Below are positions 20,601-30,700 of a stretch of 40,427 bases of DNA, piece by piece (the stretch's first letter is position 1; every line of letters begins with the position of its first letter). The notes under the pieces are model-generated. The model did not search any database, was not told the origin of the DNA, and saw only the letters and a program-made list of their open reading frames with translations. The DNA is taken from NCBI GenBank assembly GCA_000388065.2, contig KB932205.1. One strand, 5' to 3'. The position numbers and the translations under genes are program-made. This DNA comes from Fonticula alba ATCC 38817. Its lineage: Eukaryota; Protista; Nucleariida.

Positions 20601-21411
20601 CGGCATCATGGGGCGCCTGGGCTGCCCGGCCACCGTGGCCATCAAGCAGCTGAACCCCGGCACCATGGACCAGGCCCGGGTGGCCCTGTTCCAGAACGAG
20701 GTGGCGCTGATGTGGCTGCTGCGCGACGCGCCGAACATCGTCCGGCTGTTCGGCTACAGCGACCAGCCGCCGGCCATCGTGATGGAACGCTACCAGACGG
20801 ATCTGGGCACGCTGCTGCACTCGGAGGTCCCGCTGTCGGACCTGCAGCTGGCGACCATCTGCCAGCAGTGGGCCACCGGGCTGGAGGCCATGCATGCCAA
20901 TGGCATTGCCCATGGGGACCTGAAGCCGGCCAATGTGTTTGCCCGACAGGAGGGCCCCGGCCACTGGCATGTGGCCCTCGGCGACCTCGGCACCAGCCGG
21001 AACCTCAACTCCGCCCGGGCGTCGGCCCTGACCAGCGCCTTCCCGGAGCTGAATGCCATGTCCGCGCGGTACGCCGCCCCGGAGCTGATTGATGCCTTCC
21101 AACGGTGTGTCCCCCTGGACCGGGGGCACTGCCTGCCGGCTGACATCTACGCCGCCGGGACCATGCTCAATCAGTGTCTGTCCCGGCGGCCCCCCTGGCA
21201 TGGCATGGGCCTGGAGCAGGTCTTGGCCGCGGTGAGGGGGGGCCAGCGCCCCGACACCGCCGGCCTCCCGGCAAGCGGGCCCTTCGCCAATGCCGGGGGG
21301 CTCATCTCGGTTGCCTGGCGGGCGGATCCCCTGCTGCGCCCCGGTGCCGGGACCTTCCGCCAGCAATGCGCCACATTCGTCGTTGCTGCTGGCGGCCTTG
21401 ACCTGCGGTAA
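14671..21411 (+). CDS. Gene C: giant receptor Ser/Thr kinase paralog; join(14671..~16078,16250..21411), about 2189 aa
   Basis: ATG 14671 MSWPTG... leads into the signal LMLLPGLMLLPLLLLLLLAAA. Domains A and B, the Cys-rich stalk and a TM at 20329..20406 follow. Kinase motifs are GSGAQASV, VAIK, HGDLKPAN (20911..20934), DLG and YAAPE, with TAA at 21409-21411. The ORF-track start at 13024 is upstream stop-free GC-rich sequence. Confidence 0.88.
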   Translation: MSWPTGAGPGAGRFRSRGRRLAPRLMLLPGLMLLPLLLLLLLAAATPSSQSLGTQAIYFYAAPQPLGLMPGFLGFATPVGAPTLALTMGTDHYVYVYQQAPLLSLPHESRWGAFFPSVSRNGMLCMQHSSEPTHALDMWVLDSSPSATPMVLEVSPTHVSPCGGDTVFALPDPDTELLAALPTSYFDACILAMLGSPNGPRTAAILQMTMGETHLLVQDLDLVPLTGKVLAASVSQLTFYLAAESRLFVVRSSPHAGPEVAELNVPAVPARAMVATRLLDDGNACPAGDLILLLDDRRLLVFSCLDDRPTEATFSATLPATAVGSGGRFVALRTDALLNMLSYLLYVDEPPAGGGRPGVWRMVPTPDKLAVTWQQVVLPPAVDPTRLEAVTLLMGPGSYLQALVADGVALFGGSTLGCSTDPTIQCDTPSESTLSPLGWQCVPTRAESPFAVVGQLCGGCAQGHFLNRHGRARPPXXXXPPALLRRPPSPFSPSFCACPSADWHALPALLIRLPLVFFSFCPPGLAVNACDPCPLGALACNPSEPLVCQEPLLLTPGSPGAMSTCTAACAEGFSELAGVCLPHLNTPATSHALLEDSFSDMNLAPGLAVTTVADTHLAPGDGSTYLIPGSVIANPQSPRSGVLLLVSDGSVAIMPSSAIGTMHARSPPVARPLSAGLVLPPAKAYAEVGPHVKGDMASLGFALCLEDGQVLTGTLTCPLDTSGPAPYQGICSTDGPVFLIPFFGGCTTLRRIGQHQILVHTHEPARMLLIFNGNWHWQMLHPSIESMVHLPAMDPPRSAPVTGNPRIDDWYVLTQPTGLATGVPEGLVDLDPRSQALVGGLLAGPGPGPVVASAPVLLLTSGAISPGRPAWQLAITHLTTAGAWEAVLPPGDVIPSGRTVQLPGLRQPLGLVPGGAPGPGSPLHFLSVSLTANAEYPSALVLLTERLVGVSLFWCPVSSGPCVLLPASFTTFAAPIPDIGRQGVVQCSRAILTPGPGHLVSLLAMSDVGNPLPVHLDIVVDCPAGTFGKGCTSCHESCLVCSGPRADQCTRCQASMPGSPGTCLEACPTGLYLDAFGVCHCHETCRSCAPALPTPGAAYECQVCQATDHAPVPLDQGHSPGQCQACDDSCSVCSVPADAEACTVCPPGRWALLHRCVEACPEDHWPDVPAQACRPCLGDCATCHTGSTCATCPAQHFLGADLRCHACDGSCAGCAQAGSCTDCRAGLVFLSVDPQQASLCGSICPPGEYVGPGRCATCHPSCHLCAGSGTACQVCAPGFRWAAPAAPGPHGTGLCVPCPAGCASCTATRCLSCEAGLLLGQDNGCLAACPAGAYGTDESRQPCDVTCGTCTGGSPDQCTTCAGGLDFVDAGSGVGACTSTCPEGQYREEGSGTCVACDAACAACNGPSDTDCWRCHGTVLQDGQCVQECSPGHVAAGGRCLRCHVSCDQCAGVRSTECLPACPDDLLALPAGQSPVRCVPACPAGHRTTPSGCSKCTDHCASCPTDESVCALCERGWLLDSPACVDSCPANSLPMGGLCSTCHASCSSCYGPGPEHCLACEPGAPLLVAGRCYAACPPGTFRSGSACLPCHGTCAECADGPGLDQCTACPAGRALVQATGRCAAQCPAGWFASEARVCVACHPTCQTCEQAAACLTCRPGDLLQPDGACRGACPVGWFACHASAMCTRCPGGCVECEPVGATCTAACTACEEGRHWSGGECVTRCPAGQFAPGDSPACAPCQGPCKTCVGQGTFCTSCHSGLLEYESGRCVSACEASGFAPAAGVCLACLPGCDRCTAGPGQPGCATRPDGTLDCPSIVGCSRCVVGQFLADGAVCLAECPAGYFGNWDPEHGPSGSCLACHQQCATCSGPGPEHCDRTPGPAGSRLGLALGLSLGLLLLLVLIMLLVLCIVRRRAQAGLRAKEAGDAEDATMLNTILEMALPGAILVDVGMDFRPLDESLGSGAQASVHAAQSVGAGIMGRLGCPATVAIKQLNPGTMDQARVALFQNEVALMWLLRDAPNIVRLFGYSDQPPAIVMERYQTDLGTLLHSEVPLSDLQLATICQQWATGLEAMHANGIAHGDLKPANVFARQEGPGHWHVALGDLGTSRNLNSARASALTSAFPELNAMSARYAAPELIDAFQRCVPLDRGHCLPADIYAAGTMLNQCLSRRPPWHGMGLEQVLAAVRGGQRPDTAGLPASGPFANAGGLISVAWRADPLLRPGAGTFRQQCATFVVAAGGLDLR
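16079..16249 (+). other. Gene C intron 1 (phase 1; donor uncertain among 16073, 16079 and 16082; contains N gap 16096..16105)
   Basis: It has a pyrimidine-rich tract, a CTGAC branch-like site and acceptor CTGGCAG|TCAATGCTTGC. The position matches the paralogs. Confidence 0.7.
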
Positions 21412-21534
21412 TCCTTCCCGTGGCCGGCCCCGCCTGTGGGGCCCAGGCCCGGCCGTCGGCAGCAGGCCCGCGGTGCGATGAGACCACCCTGACGTCCCAC
21501 AGGCCCGGGGTGTCTTTCTATTGCCACTTTTCAG

Positions 21535-21605
<71 letters not shown>

Positions 21606-21632
21606 GCACGCACACACGCACACACGCACACA
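21535..21632. repeat. (CA)30 core (21541..21600) within a ~98-nt alternating purine-pyrimidine tract downstream of gene C
   Basis: Read directly from the sequence. Confidence 0.96.
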
Positions 21633-22760
21633 AATGCTGAGCCTTGGCAGGGGGCGGGGGTACACCGGCCGGGGCGCCATGCCATGCGTCAAATGCCCTG
21701 TGCCGCGGCATGGCCAAACACCGGCAGATGGACATCTCGCACACCGCCGCATGTGCGCCTCGAGGCAGAGGGGGCCGCCTGTTGCTCGGAAATGGGCTGG
21801 ATATCGATCAAACATGTGGCGCCCTGTGCCTCCGGGGCCCCTGGCGCGGTGTCATCGCCCGTGCTTTCCGGCCCTGACCCGGCACCTGGCCATCATCCCT
21901 CCACCAGAGGGCCCGGGCGACATCCCTCCGCCGGGCCACACCCGAGCGTCGCCATGCACCATTGCCCCCGCACGCCGGTGGTCCCCAGCCGCCCGGCGGG
22001 CAGGGCCATTCTGGCGCGGATCTGGCGCGTGCCTGTCCCACGTGATATCCACAAGCGCGTCCGGCTGACTCGATCGCCATTTGGCGCTCCCAGCGGCTGG
22101 GACAGAAGTTGGCACGCACGCGCGCACACGCGCGCGCGCGGACAATGGCCACAGCGCGGGGCACGCCGGCCGGGCGAAGGTGTGCCCCGGTCCCACACGG
22201 GCAGGTCGTTTATTTTTTTGTTTTTTTTTTTTTTTTCGCGCACGGCACAACTCCGGACCCGGGACCCATTTTGCCAGCAGGGAGGGCCCCTGCACAGGGG
22301 GCGGCCGGGCGAACTCCGCGAATGATGCGATCTGGTCTGTTGGCCGTTTTCCGCCTGGCCTGCCCGGGGGACGGCCCTACCCGGCTGCGGGCCCTGCCGG
22401 GGTTTGCTCGTCGCGGCGTGCTGGTGTCCGTGTCGGTGTGCATTGTGTCGGCCAGGCGGGCAGGGAGGGTCTTCGAGTGGGGGCCGGCCCCGCCATCTGC
22501 ATGCGCCCGCGGCAGGCCTCGGCTCAGTGCCGAGCACCCGGCGCCGCGCGGAGAGCACGGCCGACGGGGCAGGCGAGCTGGCAGGCTGCTTCGAGGGGCA
22601 GCGGGCGATCGGCCGGTCGGGGTGGGCGATTGGCCCGGGGGGGGAGGGGGGGGGGGCCCTGCCTCGCTGACAAGTCTCAGCCAGGTCGCCATGCCATTAA
22701 AGCCGCCCGCCCCGCTGGATGGCTCTTTCGCAAGTTGCCACTGCTGCCCCGTGCCCGCCC

Positions 22761-22879
22761 CCGCTGCCTCTCGCTGCCTCTCGCTGCCTCTCGCTGCCTC
22801 TCGCTGCCTCTCGCTGCCTCTCGCTGCCTCTCGCTGCCTCTCGCTCCCTCTCGCTCCCTCTCGCTGCCTCGCGCTGCCC
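22761..22879. repeat. 10-bp minisatellite (TCGCTGCCTC), about 12 copies, ending ~70 nt upstream of the gene D start
   Basis: Seven consecutive perfect units at 22771..22840, with variant units on both sides. Confidence 0.95.
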
Positions 22880-22947
22880 GTCGCTCGCTCGGGTCTCGTG
22901 GCCCTGCGCCCCCCGGAGCCTCTCCCCCTGAGGCGGGCTCCCCACCA

Positions 22948-24491
22948 ATGCACCACCAACAGGGCGGGGCCGCCGGCCAGCCGCCCCCATCACAACCCGC
23001 ACGGCCCATCCTCTCGCTCATGCTGTGGCTCCTGCTGCTGCTGCTCGGCTCCGGCGCCCTGGCCATGGACGTGGACCAGCAGGTCGGCGGGGAGCTGCTG
23101 CTGATTGCTTCGGGCACGCCCTTCGGCTGCACTGACATGCTCGGCCGGCTCTTCGCCGGGGATGATGCGGTTTGCTACCGGGTTTTCAACCGGTCCACCT
23201 GGCTCTCCTACCGGCAGCCAAGCAGCCGGCCAACCGGCTGGGACTTCCGAAGGGACAGCTTCTTCACAAATGACCCCTCGCTCAGCGGCCCCCTGGTCGG
23301 GATGCCACAGGCGCTGGACTTCGGCCCATTGGGCTTGCCATCGACCCGCACCGACCCGCTGTTCCTCTGGCAGAGCGGCTCCCAAGTGGGCCTGTCCGTG
23401 GCGGGGCAGAGCCACACCCACGCCCTGCCGGCCGGCCAGCCGGCCGCCCTGCTGGCCGGCCATGCCAATGGCCCGGACGAGGTGACTGCCCTGGTCCTGG
23501 TCGAGGGGGCCGACGCCTCCCTGAACAGGGCCCACACCCTGCGCTGGCGCAATCAGGCCTGGCTGGCGACCGATGCGCAGGTCCCCCATCCTCGGGCCCC
23601 GGGGGCCACCGGCCTGCCGGGGAACTTCTTCCTGGCCACGGCCGACGGGTGGGCCTGGATCCGCCCCGGCAGCCCGACACTCAGCTTCCCCCTCGGCCGG
23701 CCGGTGGTGGCCCTGGCGGCCACGCGCTTCCTCACCCCCCACCTCCAGGCCATGGATCTGGTGGTCACCACGGCCGATCGCCTGTATGTCTACCTGGGGC
23801 TGGACCCCGGCACCGGCACATGGGCCGAGCTGCTGGAGGCTGGCCAGCTGCCGGAAGAGCGCCAGGCACTGACCACGCGGCTGGTGCCCCCGGTGCAGGA
23901 CGCCACCCTCCCCACGAGGTTCCTGCTGCTGGTGTCTGGGACCCGGCAAATGTGGCGCCTGGTCCGCCTTTCGACCGGGGGACATGGCGGCGATGCCGGC
24001 CCGGCCGGCGGCCAGCTTCTCTGGCAGGCCATCCGCCTGCCGGCCACCTTCGCCACCTGGCCGGATGTGGTCCGGATGGCACCGGTGAACCTCGGCCCGG
24101 CGCGGCCCGAATACTGGGTCCTCTTCCAGGACAACCAGGCCTACCACCTGGCCGATGACATGGGCTGTGACTCTGACCCCTCGATCAGGTGCGATCGGCT
24201 TGCCGCGACCTGGGCATGTGCCCCCGGGCGCCTGGAGGCCCCGCATCTGGTCCATGGCCAGCTGTGCGGCGCCTGCGGGGATGGCTTCTTCCGCTCGCCT
24301 GCGCCCCGTGGCTCCTGTGCGTTTGGCAGCACGCCCGTCTTCGGCCGGGGCCGGGCCCGGAGGGGGGGGGGGGGCGATCCCCGGGACCGGTGCCTCGACC
24401 ACCGGCGAGGCACCTCCACCCGTCGATGTCCTGCCGCTGCACGCAGTGCCGGTATTGTCCCGGGGGGGGGGGGCGGGGGGTGGCGCTGGCG

Positions 24492-24534
<43 letters not shown>

Positions 24535-24701
24535 CGGGGGGAGGGGGGGGGGGGGTGGGGGCGGGGGGTGCGGCGGGGGGGGGGGGGGATCTAAGCCGCC
24601 GGCCCTGGCCCCTTGGAGCGTTGCACCTGTCGCCCTTCTGCCGCGGCCAAAATGCTCACCCACCTGCTCGCGGCACTGCCACTCCCACGCTGAAATCCAA
24701 T

Positions 24702-24735
<34 letters not shown>

Positions 24736-27700
24736 CACATATGTGCATTTGATTGGGCTTTTTTTCTCGCACTTGCATGCGCTCATGACCTCGGACGCGC
24801 CTCCCCAACCGCCGCCCATCCCGTCCCCNNNNNNNNNNNNNNNNNNNNNNNNNNNNNNNNNNNNNNNNNNNNNNNNNNNCCCCCCCCCCCGCCGCCCCGG
24901 GCCTGAATACTACTGGCACATGGACACATGCGCCCACGCGCACGGCCCCTCCATCTCGTCGGCTGGGCGCGGAAAAAAAATCCCCCCATCCCTGAACACA
25001 GACGAGTGCCGGCCCTGCCTGGTCGCTGGCTGCCAGGTGTGCTCGGATGCCGGCGAATCCTGCTCCACCTGCCAGGGCGACCTGCTGCTGGTGCGCGGCC
25101 CGCCCGGCCAGCCGGACAGCTGCGTCGAGACGTGCCCCGGCGGGCTGACGGCCCTCGGCCGGGTGTGCGGGCCGTCCCTCCATCCCCAGCCCGACCTGCA
25201 TGTGGCGACCTTGGACAACCGCATCGCCGGGGGGACCGGTGTGTCCACGTTTTGCGCCTCCCGTACATATCTCAAGGCCGGCCGGCTCCATGTGTCCAAT
25301 GCCTCGCTGGCGGCCCGGGAACCGGAGTCCCTCCTGGCCAGCCTGGCCAGCAGCTCCCTCGGGATGCTGGATGTCCAGCAAATGCGCCAGGATCCCCTGG
25401 CCCCGGTGGTGGTGACCCCGGTCCAGGGCATGCCGCTGGTGCCCGGCGTGGAGCACATCCTCGAGATGGGCCCCTTCATCAGCGACCGCAGGGTGAGCCT
25501 GCTTTTGCTGGTCGACTGCGGCCCGGGCTGCATGTCGGTCATCCGCCTGGCGTGCACGCTGCCGGGCACGGCCCCGGCCGACGAGTGCCAGCTCCAGGCC
25601 CGGGCGTGGGCGCTGGACCGCCACCTCCTGCAGCGCCAGCCCGTGCAGAAGCTCACCCCGTCGGTGGTGTCCTTTGGCCACCATGTGGCCGAGTTCCAGG
25701 CCGATGGGTCGCTGATTTTGACCGGGCCCGGTGCCCCGGCCGCGCCAAGCTCCCTGGCCATGGGCTTCCACCGGGACGTGGCAACTGGCCGGCCGGGGCA
25801 AATGCTTTACACCCATGCAAAGTCCAGCACACAGGTGCACGCCATCTCCTGGGACATTCGTCGCCGGATGGGCCTCACGACGCAGGCCCTGGCGGCGGCG
25901 TGGGCCACGCCCGACCCGGCCCCCCAGGCAGCACTCCTTCGGCCTGAAGCCCCGGCGAGCCCATGTGGCCGGGCCACCGCCGCCGCCACCGCTGGCCCGG
26001 GCCAGGGCCAGCCCCCGGGCCAGGCCCAGCCGGCCATCGGCACCGCCAGCAGCATGGTCAGCGACTTGTGGGTCCTTGTCAGCCTGGCGACCCGGCCGTC
26101 GGGCACCCCGCCGGCCTCTCGCTCGGAGGACATCGTCCACACCGGCCTCCTGACATCCGGCGGCCAGGTGCACTGGGGTGCTGTGCATCGGCCGCTCGGG
26201 GCCCATGCGCAAGGCCGCGTCAATGACATCCCCGGCGGCTGGGAGGCGCTGGCCCCGGTGGCCGGCATCACCGACCGCAGCCCCTTCTTCGCGACCGGGG
26301 TGGCCCTGCGCGGGTCCGGCGAATTCCCCAGCGCCCTGGTCATGGTCAGCCAGATGCACCTGGGCGTGGTGCTGCTCCACTGCCCGGCCGGGGTGGCCAC
26401 ATGCCGCCTCGGGCCGCGCCGAGTGGTGGCACTTCCCCCGAGCCAGCGCCTTCTGCCCGCCTCGGGTGGGGCCATTGCCACGCCGCTGCCCGGGGCCTGG
26501 CCGCCGGTCGGCGAGCATGCCCCCGGCCCGGCGGCCGCCCTGCTCCTTTCCCCGGTGGCGCCATACACGCAGCCGGTCCTGCTGGTGCGGGTGTCGGTGG
26601 CCGATTGCCCGGCCCGCACCTTCGGCCCGGGCTGCCAGCCATGCGACGCCTCCTGCCAAGGCTGCACCGGCCCGGGCCCCGGCGAGTGCACCGGGCCCCG
26701 GTGCGCCTTCTTCCGGCCCTCGCAGCCGGATGCCTGCCTGGATGCCTGCCCGGCCGGGCTGCACCCGGATGCCGAGGGGGCCTGCGGCTGCCACGCCGAC
26801 TGCGCGGCCTGCCACCTGTCGCCCGGCCGGGGGCAGTACATTTGCACGGCCTGCCGGCCGGGCATGGCCTTGGACCCGGCGGCCCAGCCGCCGGACCGGT
26901 GCCGCCCCTGCCATGCGTCCTGCTCCGAGTGCCATGCCCCGGCAAGCGCCACCGCATGCCAAGCCTGCCCGAGCGGCGGCCTCCTCGGCCCGGCCGGCGT
27001 GTGTGCCGCGGCCTGCCCGGCCGGCACCTGGCCCGACCATGCCGCCGGCACATGTGTCCCCTGCCCGGGCAATTGCGCCGCCTGCACCGGGCCGGACTTC
27101 TGCACCGCCTGCCAGCCCTCCCCGCTGCCGGACCCGGCGTCCGGCTGGTGCGTGGCCTGCTTCGAGCAGTGCGCCCAATGCCAGGGCAGCCTGGACGCGT
27201 GCCTCGCCTGCCGGCCGGGCTTCCGCTGGGCGGCCGGCGCCCCGCCCGCCGGGCCCGACCAGACGGCCCCCTGCGTGCCCTGCCCCGAGGGCTGTGCCGA
27301 GTGCGCGGACGATGGGGGCTGCCTGTCCTGCCGGCCGGGCTTCCTGATCGGCATGGACCCGGGCACGTGCGTCAGCCGGTGCCCGGACGGCACCGCGGCC
27401 CACTCGCCATCGCGGGCCTGCCGGCCCTGCCACCAGGACTGCGGCACATGCTTCCAACCGGGCGACGGGAAGGCCTGCAACGCCTGTGCCCCGGGGAAGT
27501 TCCTCCAGCCGACCAGCTTCAGCTGCCTGGACACCTGCCCGCAAAGGTACTACCCCGGCAGCGGGGCCTGCATTCGCTGCGGCCCCCTTTGCCAGGCCTG
27601 CTCCGGCCCGGGCAAGTGCGACCGGTGCGAGCCCGGGCGCTTTGACCCCGGCGACGGGTCCTGCGCCCTGTGCCCGGACTCCTGTGCCACCTGCTCCGGG

Positions 27701-30700
27701 CCCGCGGCCTGCGACGCCTGCCAGGGGGGCCTGGTGTTCCTGTCGCCGGACCCGGCCGTCGGGTCGCTGTGTGGCGATGCCTGCCCGGCCGGGAGCTACC
27801 CCGGCCCCGACCGGTGCCTGGCCTGTGGCACGGCCTGCGCCCGATGCGCCGGCGATGCGCACCTGTGCGAGGCCTGCGCGCCGGGGCACCGGTGGGCCGG
27901 CCACCCGCCGGCCGCCGGGTCCGGCCTCACCGGCTCCTGTGTGCCCTGCCCGGCGCACTGCGACGTGTGCACCGCCGATGACGAGTGCCTCGCGTGCGAT
28001 GCCGGCTTCTTCCGCCGGGCCCAGAACGGCGCCTGCGTGGCTGCCTGCCCGCCGGGGGAGTACCCGGAGCCGGGCTCGGCCGTGTGCCGCGCGTGCGACG
28101 CCACCTGCGGCCGCTGTGCCGGGCCGGCCGGCGACCAGTGCACCGGCTGTGCCCCGGGGAGCGTCCTCTCGCGCGAGGGCCGATGCATCGAAAGCTGCCC
28201 GGCCGGCCAGTACCCGGGCCAGGCGGCCGGCGGTGCTGCCGGCCCGGCCGCCCCGCCGGAGCTCCAATGCCTCGCCTGCTCCCCGGCTTGCGACAGGTGC
28301 GATGGCCCGGGCGAGGGGGCCTGCACCGCGTGCCCGGCCCCCCGGCTGCTGGAGGCCGGCCGCTGCGTCGACCAGTGCGGCCCGGGCCACTTTGCATGCG
28401 CCCCGGCGGGCCGGTGCGCCCCCTGCCCGGATGGCTGTGCCGCATGCCAGCCGGCGGAACAGGCGCCGACCGCCTGCCGGGCCACCTGCACCGGGTGCCA
28501 TGCCGGCATGGTGCTTTCCCCTGGCACCGGCCGGTGCGGGGCGTTCTGCCCCCCGGGGGAGTTCCTTCCCCGGGCGGATGCCCTCGAGTGTGCCCCCTGC
28601 GGGCCGAGCTGCGCGGCCTGCCACGGCCAGGCGGACCGGTGCACCGTGTGCGCCGACGCGGCTGCCTGGCTTCGCCCCGACACCGGCCACTGCCTGGAGT
28701 CCTGCCCCGAGGCCGGCTTTGCCGTGTCCCCCGCCGAGAGCGTGTGCCTGGCATGTGCATCGAACTGCGACCGGTGCACGGCCCCCCCGGACACCCGCGC
28801 ATGCACCCTCGCGCCGGATGGGCGCCTCGATTGCCCGGCCATGTCGGCGTGCGACCGCTGTGCCCCGGGCTACCTCCTTCTGGCCGGGGGCTCCTGCGTG
28901 GCCGACTGCCCGGCCGGGCACTTCCCCCGGTGGGATGCCTCGCCGGGCGTGTGTGCGCCCTGCCATCCGAAGTGCGCCGGCGGGTGCACCGGCCCGGAGG
29001 AGTCACACTGCGACCGGCCTGCCGGCCATTCGCCAGCCAGCCAGCGTCTGGGTATGTAGCCTCCTGCCCGCGGCTTCCTGCCAGATGCCCCCCCGCCGCA
29101 CATGCCCCGGCAGCGGTCGCCGGTCTCGCCGTCTCGCCCTGCTCTCTGACCATGTCCCGCTGACCCCGGAACGCCTGCCCCNNNNNNNNNNNNNNNNNNN
29201 NNNNNNNNNNNNNNNNNNNNNNNNNNNNNNNNNNNNNNNNNNNNNNNNNNNNNNNNNNNNNNNNNNNNNNNNNNNNNNNNNNNNNNNNNNNNNNNNNNNN
29301 NNNNNNNNNNNNNNNNNNNNNNNNNNNNNNNNNNNNNNNNNNNNNNNNNNNNNNNNNNNNNNNNNNNNNNNNNNNNNNNNNNNNNNNNNNNNNNNNNNNN
29401 NNNNNNNNNNNNNNNNNNNNNNNNNNNNNNNNNNNNNNNNNNNNNNNNNNNNNNNNNNNNNNNNNNNNNNNNNNNNNNNNNNNNNNNNNNNNNNNNNNNN
29501 NNNNNNNNNNNNNNNNNNNNNNNNNNNNNNNNNNNNNNNNCCCCCCCCCCCCCCCCCCCGCCCTCCGCCGAACGCGCGGCCCAGCCATCGGCCTGGGCAT
29601 CGGCTTCGGGCTGCTGTTCCTGCTGATGTTCCTGGCCCTGATCCTGTTTTTGATGCTGCGCTTGCGTCGGGACCAGGGCCTCAAGGAATTGGTACGGGCC
29701 GGCCTCTGGCGCTGCCACGCCCCGTTGGATCTGCTTGCGCCCCACTGACACGCCCCCCGACGCCGCCGTGACACCCTGCAGGTGGATGAGCTGGATGAGG
29801 GTGCGTGGCTGGACACCGCCGCCGTCGACACACACCCACGCGCACACATCGCACAGGACATCGCCCTAACTGACGACCCCCTTGGCGGCACAGTGTCCCC
29901 GGATCTGGGCCCGATCAGCGGTTCGTTGACCGGCCTTCTGCCTGACCATGCCCCAGCCCCCGCACTGACCACGGCTGCCCCTCGCCGGCGCTCGCCAGAC
30001 CCCACGCCCCCCGGGACGCTGCGGGTGGACCTGGCCGCGGACTTCACCCCGCTGCGGACGCCCCTCGGCACCGGCCGCCACTCGACCATCTTCGCGGCGC
30101 GTGCCGTCGGTGGGGGCACCACCACGCGCCTCGGCTGCCCGGACATCGTGGCCATCAAGCTCATGAAGGGTTCGTGCTTGGCCCACCGGCCGCCATCACC
30201 AGCACCACCACCACCATCACCACCCCTTGGCCCCCGACTAAGAGGCACGCTTGCNNNNNNNNNNNNNNNNNNNNNNNNNNNNNNNNNNNNNNNNNNNNNN
30301 NNNNNNNNNNNNNNNNNNNNNNNNNNNNNNNNNNNNNNNNNNNNNNNNNNNNNNNNNNNNNNNNNNNNNNNNNNNCCCCCCCCGCGGCACCTTGCCCTCC
30401 TGCCAGCCGACGCCCCGGATGCCGATGTGGCGCGGCGCCTGCAAAATGAAATCGCCCTCATGTGGTGCGTACCTGCTGCCGGCCGGCACCCCATGCGCCT
30501 GGCCACTTTGTGGCCGGGGTTGCTTTTTTTTCCGCCCGCCCGCCCCCGGGCTCACTCCCGCCCCCGGGGGCATCGGTCGGTCGCGCTGACATGGCTGCCC
30601 GCCTGCTTGCCCCTTGACCCAGGCTGCTCCGCGATCAGGACAACATCGTGCGGATGTACGGCTACAGCGACAGCCCGCCGGCCCTGGTCATGCAGCAATA

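Noticed and set aside
22761-22879. Tandem repeats as a CRISPR array (also 4360..4476)
   Set aside because: There are no unique spacers, the units are too short, the context is eukaryotic and no cas genes are present.
24410-24451. Possible 42-nt frame-preserving mini-exon in gene D intron 1
   Set aside because: The GAG acceptor is weak and has no pyrimidine tract or branch point. Direct splicing already gives the paralog-like GSYECRPC.
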